Shown: one piece after another, positions 8,877 through 17,996 of the stretch
How the letters are laid out: every line of letters starts with the position of its first letter
How positions within the stretch are numbered: the first letter of the stretch is position 1
Assembly: GCA_018303655.1 (NCBI GenBank)
Contig: JAGVXT010000011.1
Location: 1-63,696, forward strand
Length of the DNA: 63,696 bases
Source of the DNA: Candidatus Woesearchaeota archaeon
GTDB taxonomy: Archaea > Nanobdellota > Nanobdellia > Woesearchaeales > GW2011-AR4
Reading direction: 5' to 3'
Program-made: the position numbers and the translations under genes
Notes under the pieces: model-generated
Told to the model about the DNA's origin: nothing
Database searches by the model: none
Seen by the model: only the letters and a program-made list of their open reading frames with translations

Positions 8877-8925
8877 AGAGAACTTTGAATGTAAAGTAAT
8901 AAAATGGCAGGTTATTCAAAGTTCT

Positions 8926-9627
8926 CTATATAACTGTTGATAATACTTCCCCTTTGACTTCTTTTGTATAGTTTGAGCCGCTGACTACTGCGTTGTACCT
9001 CACAGTTATCAATATTTTTCCCTTTTCGCCGGCAACTAATCCCCCTCCTGAACAAACGCTCCATGTAATGTCCTTAACCTCGCCTGATTTCCAGGATACT
9101 GGAGGTACGGGTGGAGTATCGCAGGTATAAGCAGTCGTGCTTTCTGTGCTTAATGTAATTGAAGATGTGTCTATCGGTTCGCCGACATTATTTTTCAGCC
9201 TTAGCTTGAAAGTGCCCGTTGTTGATGAAATCTGGTAGTCAATGCACTGGAATTCGGCGCCAAAATTGCACCTGTTAGGCAGGATTTTGCTTGGGTTTAA
9301 AATGCCAAAATAAGCAAGAGTGCCTATCATAATCAAGATAACTAAAAAAGCCCAGCCGTATGTTGCAAGAAATTCCAAAGCAGCCTGTGACTTACTGTCT
9401 TTAAATATCATTTCTACCTTCTCTTTTTTTATTTTTCCACCAAAGTTTTCCTTTATCTGAAGCAAGATGCCAAGTGTAATCAGCAAAAGCAATGTATTAA
9501 CAAAAAGCAAGGAAATGTTTATAGCGCTTATGCTTACCTCCTTAAACCTTGCTGCTGTAAAAACCCCAATAACCGCCATTATAAAAACCACAGCAGTTAT
9601 CAAGAACTTATGTTGCACGTGGTTCAT
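8926..9627 (-). CDS. Type IV pilin-like protein with an upstream in-frame two-TM segment
   Basis: Internal KSQAALEFLATYGWA class III signal near residue 80. Confidence 0.8.
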   Translation of the reverse strand: MNHVQHKFLITAVVFIMAVIGVFTAARFKEVSISAINISLLFVNTLLLLITLGILLQIKENFGGKIKKEKVEMIFKDSKSQAALEFLATYGWAFLVILIMIGTLAYFGILNPSKILPNRCNFGAEFQCIDYQISSTTGTFKLRLKNNVGEPIDTSSITLSTESTTAYTCDTPPVPPVSWKSGEVKDITWSVCSGGGLVAGEKGKILITVRYNAVVSGSNYTKEVKGEVLSTVI

Positions 9628-9699
9628 TTTTTCTCTTGTTTAATTTTAAACCAGTTTATTATTTATAAACTTTTCTAATTTTGCTTCAATTTGCTTGAG

Positions 9700-10725
9700 C
9701 TACAGTATTCCGGAAAACAGTATCCCAAGCACCTTCATAAAAATAAGATAAAGAGTTACAGAGCCAAATACGTAGATAGGAATGTATTTAACCCCGCCTT
9801 TGATGTCTCCCTTTTCAACAATGGAAACTATCAAAGAGGAAAATAGCGATATGACAGAAATTGCCACCAATGAAAAATTCTTGAAATCAGCAGGCTTTAT
9901 TCCTGTTTCTGAAAATGAAAAGGGAAGCGAGGGGGCTCTTTGGGCTGCGACAGAAATCTTTGATATGAAATTGAGTATAAGGGAAAGCAAATTAAAGGAA
10001 AGCGCAAAAAGCAGCGGGCTTATCACAATCACTATTACTGATATAAATATTATATATGCTATTGCTGCACCGGACATCTCATCTTTCAATGCCTTTGTCT
10101 CTTTTAGATTATCCACAAGCCTGTCTATAAGCTCTGTAATGTTGCCGCCGCTTTCCACTTCGCTTATTATCAGGTCAACTATGCGCCTTAGCATTAAAGA
10201 GTCATACGTATCAGCAAGCTCTGTCAAAGCCTTGCTGATTTCATATCCTGTCATTACCTTTTTTGAAGCCTTTGCCATCTCGCTTCCCAACACATTGAAC
10301 CTTGGCTTTATGGAGCTCCACAAGGCCTTTTCAAATGTCATGCCGCCTTTTAGATTTGCGGAGAGTATCTGCAGGAAATCCGGCAATTGCTCCTCCATCT
10401 TCTTTGTCCTGTAGTAAATTTTCAGGTCAAGGTAAAAATAGACAAGCAGGATGAACAATGATGCAAAAAATATCTGGACTATGAACCAGCTTAAGAAGGA
10501 ATACGCATATATTTCAAAAAGCGAGAATTTTTTAAAATAGGGGTATACAAGAATAATAAATATTAACGTTGTTATAAGCGCCGAAATATAAAACAGTAGC
10601 CCAAAGAACCTGTAAGGAACCTCATGAAAGCCTGCTTTCAGCATGTATTTTCTTAGATTATGCACAAACCTTTTTGGCACGAAAGCCTTTCCAAATTCCT
10701 CCAAAAATATTATTTTAAGCGCCAT
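9700..10725 (-). CDS. Pilus assembly platform protein (TadC/T2SS F family)
   Basis: MEEQLPDFLQILSANLKGGMTFEKAL, ESGG motif, TM pattern. Confidence 0.9.
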   Translation of the reverse strand: MALKIIFLEEFGKAFVPKRFVHNLRKYMLKAGFHEVPYRFFGLLFYISALITTLIFIILVYPYFKKFSLFEIYAYSFLSWFIVQIFFASLFILLVYFYLDLKIYYRTKKMEEQLPDFLQILSANLKGGMTFEKALWSSIKPRFNVLGSEMAKASKKVMTGYEISKALTELADTYDSLMLRRIVDLIISEVESGGNITELIDRLVDNLKETKALKDEMSGAAIAYIIFISVIVIVISPLLFALSFNLLSLILNFISKISVAAQRAPSLPFSFSETGIKPADFKNFSLVAISVISLFSSLIVSIVEKGDIKGGVKYIPIYVFGSVTLYLIFMKVLGILFSGIL

Positions 10726-10728
10726 TTT

Positions 10729-11538
10729 TCATAAGTTCACCATCGGCCTTATGGACTTGAAAAGAGTTATGAAGATGAACTGGAGCACCACAATAAAAAA
10801 TACAAGCACGGACAGCACCTTCAGGCTGAGCGTAAAGTGGATGAAGCTTGATATGACAATAAGCATGGCAACTCCAAGGGATGGCAGGATAACAGCCGCA
10901 AGCATGTAAAAAATCACCAATGTGTTGAGCTTTTTGCCGTATTTTTTTATTTCAAGCTCCTCTCCCCTTGTTATTTCCTCCAAAACAGATTCAAGGGGCT
11001 TTGTAACGTCTATGCCAAGCTGCAATGCATTGTTTATGTGGAATAGTATCCTTCTTAATTTGTCTGATGGAGAATATATCATTGCATTGCTTAATGCCTC
11101 TTCTATGGTGTTGCCTGTGTTTATGTCGTCAACAATCTCCTTGAGGTATTTTGATGTAATGCCCCTGCTGCTTGCAGTCTCTATAAGGGCATTCAGTAAT
11201 GGCCTTCCCGAATAAAGCTTTACAAGCAAGTATCTTCCAACAAATGTAACCTCTTTATCGATTTCGCGCTCCCTCTGCCTTATTTTTGCCTTAACCCTGA
11301 GCAATGAGTATTCAAAAATCAAAATGAATAAAATTATAAAAATCGGCAAAAGCAGCAAGAATGGAAGTTTTGCCTTTTGAAGCACGAAAAAAAAAAATAT
11401 TGTGAATACAAAAGCCTGCAAAGCAGTTGACTTAAGGTTTTTGTTTACATACTGTATTGGGGTGTACGGCAGATGCGCTATTCTCAGCTCGCTTTTAAGC
11501 GCTGGAAAAAATGAAACTACTCTGTTTACAAAACCCAT
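10729..11538 (-). CDS. Pilus assembly platform protein (TadB/TadC family)
   Basis: T2SS-F fold pattern; adjacent to the ATPase. Confidence 0.85.
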   Translation of the reverse strand: MGFVNRVVSFFPALKSELRIAHLPYTPIQYVNKNLKSTALQAFVFTIFFFFVLQKAKLPFLLLLPIFIILFILIFEYSLLRVKAKIRQREREIDKEVTFVGRYLLVKLYSGRPLLNALIETASSRGITSKYLKEIVDDINTGNTIEEALSNAMIYSPSDKLRRILFHINNALQLGIDVTKPLESVLEEITRGEELEIKKYGKKLNTLVIFYMLAAVILPSLGVAMLIVISSFIHFTLSLKVLSVLVFFIVVLQFIFITLFKSIRPMVNL

Positions 11539-11539
11539 T

Positions 11540-12997
11540 TTAAATGCTCTTTTGCTGCATAAACGGCTTATTGTGGTAATATTTCGACATTATCAGCCCT
11601 ATCTTGTTGACATCATTTATATTTCTGCTTACCATCCAGTTTAGTATTGTGATTTTTGACTGCAAATCCTCATAAATATTCTGCTTTGAAAGTCCTGTGT
11701 ACAGGTTTAGCGTTTCTACAATGGCAAACGGCTCGTTGACTATTTCCAATGAATCTTTTGCAGAGTTCAACTGCATCAAAAGCCTTGCATCCCCGTCCAG
11801 AAGAACTTCGGCAATCTGCAATGTCCTTCTCTTGCCGGTTCTTCGGTTTATGTGCTGCACAACAATCAGTGAAAGCGCTGATAAAATCTGCTTTGGCAGA
11901 TTAATAGGGGGATTAGTTAGCCTGTTTATTGTTTCCCTTACATTGTTTGCGTGCAATGTGCCATAGACAGAATGGCCTGTGTGCATTGCCTCGAAAAGAA
12001 CTTCAGCTTCCTTTCTTCTTCTTATCTCCCCAACAATGATCCTGTCAGGCCTCATTCTCAATGAGTTGACTATCAAGTCCAGCATTTCAATTCCCCCCTT
12101 GCCTTCCGGGTTTGGCAGCCTTGTCTCCAACGGCACCCAATGAAGTATTTTAGGCAGCACCAATTCTCTTGTATCTTCCATAGATATTATCCTTTGGTTA
12201 GGGGGGAAAAAGTTGGCTATTGCATTTAATATGCTTGTCTTTCCGGATGCCGTGCCTCCTGAAACAATAACAGACAATTCGTTTTGCACAGCCATCCACA
12301 GCAATGCAGCTCCTTCATAAGAAATCGTTCTTTCTTTTATAAAGTCAATGATAGTCCATGGCTTTACCGCAAATTTTCTTATGGTTATTGTGTTTCCCTT
12401 TGAGGATATGGGGCTTAAGGTTGCATTTACCCTGTCTCCTGTCTTCAAATGGGCATCCATCAATGGATTCAATAAAGTGATTTCTTTGCCAACATCCCTT
12501 CCTATAACAGTTGAGTAGTGCCTTATTCTTGATTCAGTTGGAACCAAGACATTTGTCTTAAGCCAGCCGTATCTTCTATGGTAAACCCACACGGGCTCGT
12601 TCGCATTGTTTATCGCAATCTCCTCAAGGTTGGTGTCCTTAAGCAGTATGTCAATATTTCCAAGCCCGATGTTCTGCTGCAAAATGTAATTGATGATCAT
12701 GTCCATTGTCTTTTTGTCTGCATTCGGAAAATACTTTGCCAATAGCTTGAGTATCTTTTCCTTGAACTGCTCCTGTATGTTGTAAACGCTTGCTTCTTCT
12801 CTCAGCGTTTTTGTTTCTTCGGCAACAAACTCGTCTCTTATCTTTTCAAGAATTATCTTTGTTGTGTCGCTTATGTTTGTTATGGCTATTTTGTATATAG
12901 GCACAGGCTCGTCTTCCCTTGCTGTGATGGAGACATTAACAACTATGTTGTTCACATTCAATTCATATGTGTCAATTATTTTTTCTCCCCTTTCCAT
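11540..12997 (-). CDS. Type IV pilus assembly ATPase (TadA/CpaF/VirB11 family)
   Basis: GGTASGKTS Walker A, EDTREL, LRMRPDRIIVGEIR, MHTGH. Confidence 0.95.
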   Translation of the reverse strand: MERGEKIIDTYELNVNNIVVNVSITAREDEPVPIYKIAITNISDTTKIILEKIRDEFVAEETKTLREEASVYNIQEQFKEKILKLLAKYFPNADKKTMDMIINYILQQNIGLGNIDILLKDTNLEEIAINNANEPVWVYHRRYGWLKTNVLVPTESRIRHYSTVIGRDVGKEITLLNPLMDAHLKTGDRVNATLSPISSKGNTITIRKFAVKPWTIIDFIKERTISYEGAALLWMAVQNELSVIVSGGTASGKTSILNAIANFFPPNQRIISMEDTRELVLPKILHWVPLETRLPNPEGKGGIEMLDLIVNSLRMRPDRIIVGEIRRRKEAEVLFEAMHTGHSVYGTLHANNVRETINRLTNPPINLPKQILSALSLIVVQHINRRTGKRRTLQIAEVLLDGDARLLMQLNSAKDSLEIVNEPFAIVETLNLYTGLSKQNIYEDLQSKITILNWMVSRNINDVNKIGLIMSKYYHNKPFMQQKSI

Positions 12998-13091
12998 TTT
13001 ATTTTTGAATTATTTTAGTAGTTGTGTTTTATATTTTTTAATGAGTTTTTATTGAATTTTTAATTTGTTTTGTAGTTTTATTATTGATTTT

Positions 13092-14093
13092 TTATTGAAG
13101 TGTCTTGATTTTTGCATGTATAGCCCTTGCTTCAGCGTCATTCGGCTCTAGCTGGAGCGCTTCCTGTACGTCCTTTAATGCCTCATTATAAAATCCTTTT
13201 TCAATGTTCCTTTTTGCGCGCTCTTTTTTCGCGCTTGCAAACATTGATTTTGAGGGAAAATTAGTTTTGGATGCCTGCGCAAATGAAGGAGAGGCTATGC
13301 GCTGCTGGAACTGCAGCGGCTGATTTGTCTGCTGGCTCAGCTGCTTTTGCAGGCTTGATATTTCGGTGCTGATGCTGAGGCTTTTGTAAATTTCCAATAG
13401 CTTGACTCCTATTGAATTTTTGTGCCTTAAAAAGCCTTCAGGAATCTGGTTGTAGAGACCAATGCACTTGTTGTAATTCACAATGGCATTTACCATGTCA
13501 TTTGACCTTATTGAGGTAATTATCTTGTTCATCACATAGTTCGTTTCCTGAATTAACGCGGAAATTCTTTTTATCAGCTCATTGTCTGTTACGTTTTTGA
13601 GCTCGTCATAGAAGCCTGATATCTGCTCCTGTATCAGCCTTTTTTCCTCAAAGAATACATTTGGAATTGAATTGATTATTTCCCCTATCTCGGAGTAAAG
13701 CTTGAATGGCATTTCTTTTTTTCCTTCCCTGAGCGATGCCCTTGCCCTGCTTATCAGTTCATTTATCTGCTGCGCTTTTCTTTTCACCTCATTATAGGCG
13801 TTGTTTAGCGTGCTTGAAAACTGCCTGTTTAAAGCAGCTAACTGGTCATAAAGCTCCTTGTTCCATTTCAGCTTCTGCTCCATAAGGAGGTGCCACAGCT
13901 GGACATAAGCCTGCTCTGCCTGCTCAAGATTTCCCTTGCTTAAGTTTGCCTTTATGTTCTCAACCAAAGGGGAAGGCTCAAATTGCCCCGGATATTGCTC
14001 GCTTGTGTCAATTTTTTCAGGTTTATCTGTCTGTAAACCTAAGTCAGAAAGCTCTCTATCCAAAAACTCATCTATATCCATTTTCAATTGCAA
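13092..14093 (-). CDS. Helical protein with a C-terminal TPR
   Basis: YNEALKDVQEALQLEPND TPR motif. Confidence 0.7.
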   Translation of the reverse strand: MQLKMDIDEFLDRELSDLGLQTDKPEKIDTSEQYPGQFEPSPLVENIKANLSKGNLEQAEQAYVQLWHLLMEQKLKWNKELYDQLAALNRQFSSTLNNAYNEVKRKAQQINELISRARASLREGKKEMPFKLYSEIGEIINSIPNVFFEEKRLIQEQISGFYDELKNVTDNELIKRISALIQETNYVMNKIITSIRSNDMVNAIVNYNKCIGLYNQIPEGFLRHKNSIGVKLLEIYKSLSISTEISSLQKQLSQQTNQPLQFQQRIASPSFAQASKTNFPSKSMFASAKKERAKRNIEKGFYNEALKDVQEALQLEPNDAEARAIHAKIKTLQ

Positions 14094-14161
14094 TTTTCAA
14101 TTACAACAACTGGAACCAGTTGACATTTAATCAAGTGGGATTTTCAATCCCACGAATTTAT

Positions 14162-14614
14162 CTATAAATATGAAAGGTACCTTTTCCAAAGCTCTTCTAT
14201 CTTGTCTTCCGGAGTTTTCTTTTCCCTTGCCTTTCTCAAAAACTCTTCCCTTATGTTAGCAAGGTTCTGCTGCAGGTATTTCCTCCACACGCCTTCAATA
14301 TGCTCATGCGGCACATTTTTCTCCTTTGCCTTTTCGTAAAACTGCTCTTTGGTGATTAGGTCTTTTACAAAACTTTTTTCCTTTATCTTGGCCTGCTTGA
14401 CGCCTTCCTTGTAAAGATAGATGTATGGAGTGGTGAATTTGTACTCAATGCCGAAAACCTTTTCCTCAACCAAAAAATCAACCAATGCCTGGACGCTTGC
14501 GGCAGGCATTTTCAGCTTTTTTGAAGCTTCTTCAACCGATATTTTCTTGCTTTTTTCAACCAGCTCAAGCAATTCATCGGCAGTTGTCCTTAATATAGCA
14601 TCATTGCTTGGCAT
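14162..14614 (-). CDS. Hypothetical protein with an N-terminal winged-helix-like segment
   Basis: ADELLELVEKSKKISVEEASKKL pattern; co-oriented in the pilus operon. Confidence 0.65.
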   Translation of the reverse strand: MPSNDAILRTTADELLELVEKSKKISVEEASKKLKMPAASVQALVDFLVEEKVFGIEYKFTTPYIYLYKEGVKQAKIKEKSFVKDLITKEQFYEKAKEKNVPHEHIEGVWRKYLQQNLANIREEFLRKAREKKTPEDKIEELWKRYLSYL

Positions 14615-14669
14615 ATTGTTAAATTTGGTTTAATGTATAAAAACTTTAGTTATTGTCTTTGAGTAATAA

Positions 14670-15710
14670 CTAGCAGGTTCCAATAGCATCTTGGCTTGTT
14701 ATGTTGTATCTAACAGTATTGTTGAAATCAAGCTTGAAATACCTGAATTCGTCCCAAACACCCCCTCCTGTGGCTGGGTTTGTTATATTGAAAAGCTCGC
14801 TGCATGGTACATCATTAAGGGGATCTTCCAATATGTAATCGGCATAGCTGTCAATCACATCAGAAGGAATTATCTTGTTTGGGTCAGCTAAGGATTCGAT
14901 GCCGCAGCATGCTGAAGCATCAATTGTGTTTGTGAACCTCATCAGAAAGCTTGGTGCTTTTGAGTCCTGCCAATGCACATAAGTTCCATTTCTTATATGC
15001 TCCCTGACTTTTGTGATGTTCCACTGGTTGAACTCAACGGTAGATTTCTTGATATAACTGATATAATTTCCATTTGTATTGACAAGGTAATACGGGTCAG
15101 GCAATCCCCCTATATCGAATGATGAAATTATTGTTGAGTTTTTTTCCCATGATGCAACGCTTGATTTTACTGCAAAATTGACAGTCAGAATTGAATCTAT
15201 GCTCCACGGATTTGTCTGAAATATGGAAGCATTGATTAGGGTTATTGTTGTGTTAACATTCAATGTGTCCTGCGCTGTTTTTGTTATTTTATTGCTCCAG
15301 TTGGATAACGTATTACCTTCCATTAATGGCTTTCCTGTGATTGCGTCTATAGGAACATTGCTGATTGTGCCGTTCATTGCAACTTCATAAAAAGCCGAGT
15401 CCAGATTCGGCAGAAAAGAGCCTGTGGAATTCATGTAAAAAATAAGTGATAGCACTGCCTTATATGAAACAGCCCTTAAGATTGTTTCAAAATAATTGTT
15501 CTCCAAATCACTAACATAGCTGTCTATTGAGCTTATTCTTGAAGCAACAGCCTGCGTGTCTTTCTTTAGGCTTATATCTGCCTGGGGCGTGAATACAAGA
15601 ATAAACACAGCCATTAGGGTTATTGCAATGAATGTAAAGAATATTCCTCTTTTTTTCATGCCCGTTTTTACCGCTCCCATAAAAATACCTCTGCCTTGTA
15701 GGGCCCCCAT
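14670..15710 (-). CDS. Large minor pilin-like protein
   Basis: KKRGIFFTFIAI class III signal; many NxS/T sequons. Confidence 0.8.
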   Translation of the reverse strand: MGALQGRGIFMGAVKTGMKKRGIFFTFIAITLMAVFILVFTPQADISLKKDTQAVASRISSIDSYVSDLENNYFETILRAVSYKAVLSLIFYMNSTGSFLPNLDSAFYEVAMNGTISNVPIDAITGKPLMEGNTLSNWSNKITKTAQDTLNVNTTITLINASIFQTNPWSIDSILTVNFAVKSSVASWEKNSTIISSFDIGGLPDPYYLVNTNGNYISYIKKSTVEFNQWNITKVREHIRNGTYVHWQDSKAPSFLMRFTNTIDASACCGIESLADPNKIIPSDVIDSYADYILEDPLNDVPCSELFNITNPATGGGVWDEFRYFKLDFNNTVRYNITSQDAIGTC

Positions 15711-16219
15711 AAATCGCTTGTTGTCCTGTTTATAATGCCAAAAGTCAGCTTTTTTGATGTAAGCAAAAGCCCTGTGCCGCTTTTTGACTTAATGTGCTCT
15801 GCAGAGGGAGTTTTTGGGTACAGAAGAGTGCCATTAAGCCACACCTCGTACCTGAATTGCTCCGGCACCACTCCTTTAGAAACATTCTGGATAAATTTTT
15901 CAGCAGTGTCAATATTATTTTTTGCGTAAAACTCGCCTACTTGCTGCAGCAGGGAATTGTCAGCGTCTGTTATTATGCCTTGAGCCCACAGCTGGCCTCC
16001 GATGCCCGCATAAGGATTGTTTAATTCTTTTATTTTCTTGTTGGAAAAAAAATCCATCAAATCATCTGACAGCAAGCTTACCTGCACGGGCTGCGGCGCA
16101 TTGACATATGAAGATGTTACTAGAAAAATCCCGATAATCAGCACAGTCATGCCTAGCACAGCATCTAGTATAAAGAAAAAACCTCTTTTTTTAAACGGCA
16201 TTTTAACTAAACATAGCAA
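15668..16219 (-). CDS. Minor pilin-like protein
   Basis: KKRGFFFILDAVL class III signal. Confidence 0.8.
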   Translation of the reverse strand: MLCLVKMPFKKRGFFFILDAVLGMTVLIIGIFLVTSSYVNAPQPVQVSLLSDDLMDFFSNKKIKELNNPYAGIGGQLWAQGIITDADNSLLQQVGEFYAKNNIDTAEKFIQNVSKGVVPEQFRYEVWLNGTLLYPKTPSAEHIKSKSGTGLLLTSKKLTFGIINRTTSDLWGPYKAEVFLWER

Positions 16220-16241
16220 AGAATTAAAGTGTATTTATAGT

Positions 16242-16616
16242 TTATTGTTTTTTCTTGTATCCAAACTTTTTATTGTATTCCTCATGGTTAATAATATCAA
16301 GAATAAAACAAATGACTTCTACTTGATCACCTTTGATAGTGTACAGCATCCTCCAAAAATTAGCCAGTTCAACTCTCCACAAATTTTTTGCATTATACTT
16401 TACAACATACTCTTTGGGAATAAGCGCTTTGGCAATATTGTCGCCATAGAAAGGATTTGCCTTAATAAATTCAGTTTTCTGCTTTATTGAACGCAATAGT
16501 TGCATCTCTTCTGTATTGTCTTTGCCTTCTTTAATTTGCTGCCCGATTATTTCATTTAATTTCTTGTACTCAGAATCAGCTTCGTCAAGAAGGATTACCC
16601 TAACTGGCTTATTCAT
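16242..16616 (-). CDS. RelE-like toxin (putative)
   Basis: NPFYGD and LWRVELANFWRMLYTI; 4-nt overlap with the upstream small gene. Confidence 0.65.
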   Translation of the reverse strand: MNKPVRVILLDEADSEYKKLNEIIGQQIKEGKDNTEEMQLLRSIKQKTEFIKANPFYGDNIAKALIPKEYVVKYNAKNLWRVELANFWRMLYTIKGDQVEVICFILDIINHEEYNKKFGYKKKQ

Positions 16617-16894
16617 ATATCAGTTCCTCTTTTTATTAGCTCATTCAATTCTTTCCTTTCCGTAAAAACCCAGAGAACTCCTTTTGTTCCAATAACTATT
16701 TTACCGCTGAACTGCAAATAATCGAGTATCTGTAGCAAGGTTTGGTGCATGACTTTTTTAGGCAGTTTCTTTTTTAAGTCTGCTAATGTAGTTAATTCGC
16801 CGATTTTTAATGCATCTTCAACCATTAAAATAGTATTCAAAGTAGGAGAATGCGCTAGTTTTTCTCTCTTTCTTAGCTGTATTGTTTGAGGCAT
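16613..16894 (-). CDS. Small HTH protein, putative antitoxin
   Basis: HSPTLNTILMVE and winged-helix pattern; coupled to the toxin-like gene. Confidence 0.6.
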   Translation of the reverse strand: MPQTIQLRKREKLAHSPTLNTILMVEDALKIGELTTLADLKKKLPKKVMHQTLLQILDYLQFSGKIVIGTKGVLWVFTERKELNELIKRGTDI

Positions 16895-16956
16895 TTTTAT
16901 ATATCTAATTAATATATACTTATATTTAAAATATATATATCTATATATAAATCTTT

Positions 16957-17373
16957 CTATTTCTGGCTGCAGGGAGTCCCGCTTAGATTTATGATGGGCG
17001 CTCCTATCCCCTTGTAGCTGTTATTGATAATAACTAGGTATCCCTTGTCATCTTCAAAATATATGCAGAAATCGCTTTCTATCCTCAGCCTTCTTTTCAG
17101 CTCATTATAGCTAAGGTTTTTCAGCTCATTGGCCTTGCTTATGTTAACCTCATTGTGGTCAATAATCCTTATTTGAGAATCTTCGGAACCGACTTGTTTT
17201 ATGATTATTGATGCTTCTTCCTCTAGATTGCTTGCTTTTTCATTCGGATTTGAATTCAGCAATGAGTAAACTATAAAAAAAGCTGCCATGAAAACAACAA
17301 CCCCTAAAGCAATGTCTATCGACCATGACTGGGATTTTGAATTGGCATTAATTGGTAAGATAGATTTGCGCAT
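16957..17373 (-). CDS. Pilin-like protein
   Basis: KSQSWSIDIAL signal plus hydrophobic helix. Confidence 0.75.
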   Translation of the reverse strand: MRKSILPINANSKSQSWSIDIALGVVVFMAAFFIVYSLLNSNPNEKASNLEEEASIIIKQVGSEDSQIRIIDHNEVNISKANELKNLSYNELKRRLRIESDFCIYFEDDKGYLVIINNSYKGIGAPIINLSGTPCSQK

Positions 17374-17389
17374 AATTAGGCTCCAGACT

Positions 17390-17725
17390 CTATATTGAAA
17401 TAACGAGTTTGCTCTTGCTTTCAGGGTATATAGTGACTTCTTCCCCTTTCTTTAATTTTAAAAAATCTATTATCTTTTTTGGCAGCCTTATATCAAGGGC
17501 AGTTCCTACCTTGCCAACTTTAGTTTTAGCTTGCAAACCCCAAAGGCCTTTTTGTTTTGTTATTTCAGTTATTTTTTTGGATGTTTCTTCGCTAAAATAT
17601 GTTTCACCGCATTTTTCACATACTTTTGCTGGAAAATTGCCAATCTTAACTCCGTATAAAAAATAGTCTACATTTTTATCTTTCATCTTAATTTTACATT
17701 CCCAGCAATAATCCTCATCTTTCAT
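17390..17725 (-). CDS. YgiT-type zinc finger / AbrB-fold antitoxin
   Basis: CWEC...CEKCGE and KVGTALDIRLPKKI AbrB motif. Confidence 0.8.
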   Translation of the reverse strand: MKDEDYCWECKIKMKDKNVDYFLYGVKIGNFPAKVCEKCGETYFSEETSKKITEITKQKGLWGLQAKTKVGKVGTALDIRLPKKIIDFLKLKKGEEVTIYPESKSKLVISI

Positions 17726-17934
17726 TTTCTCTCACCTTTATCTACAAATACTGTTTTAATTCTGTAAACATTTCCTCTTTTTTTATATGCAACATTGATA
17801 TAAGTATAAGCTGCAAGGTAACCATCGGTTTGCCTTGATATGGAACCCATTTTTATTGCTCTCTTAACCTGTTCTTCATCTATGCCCTCAATCTCCATCT
17901 TCTCCTTTGCATGTTTGCTAATTTGAAGCATCAT
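17722..17934 (-). CDS. DUF4258-like toxin
   Basis: ISKHAKEKM..GI and IKTVF motifs; 4-nt overlap with the antitoxin. Confidence 0.7.
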   Translation of the reverse strand: MMLQISKHAKEKMEIEGIDEEQVKRAIKMGSISRQTDGYLAAYTYINVAYKKRGNVYRIKTVFVDKGERK

Positions 17935-17996
17935 TTGGCTTATAATATATTATAACTCATTATAATGAGTTATAACTTCTATTTAAACCTTTCTAC

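Noticed and set aside
12998-13091. Long T-rich spacers (A-rich on the coding strand), also at 30365-30420 and 41215-41298
   Set aside because: Low-complexity leaders recur throughout and show no specific structure
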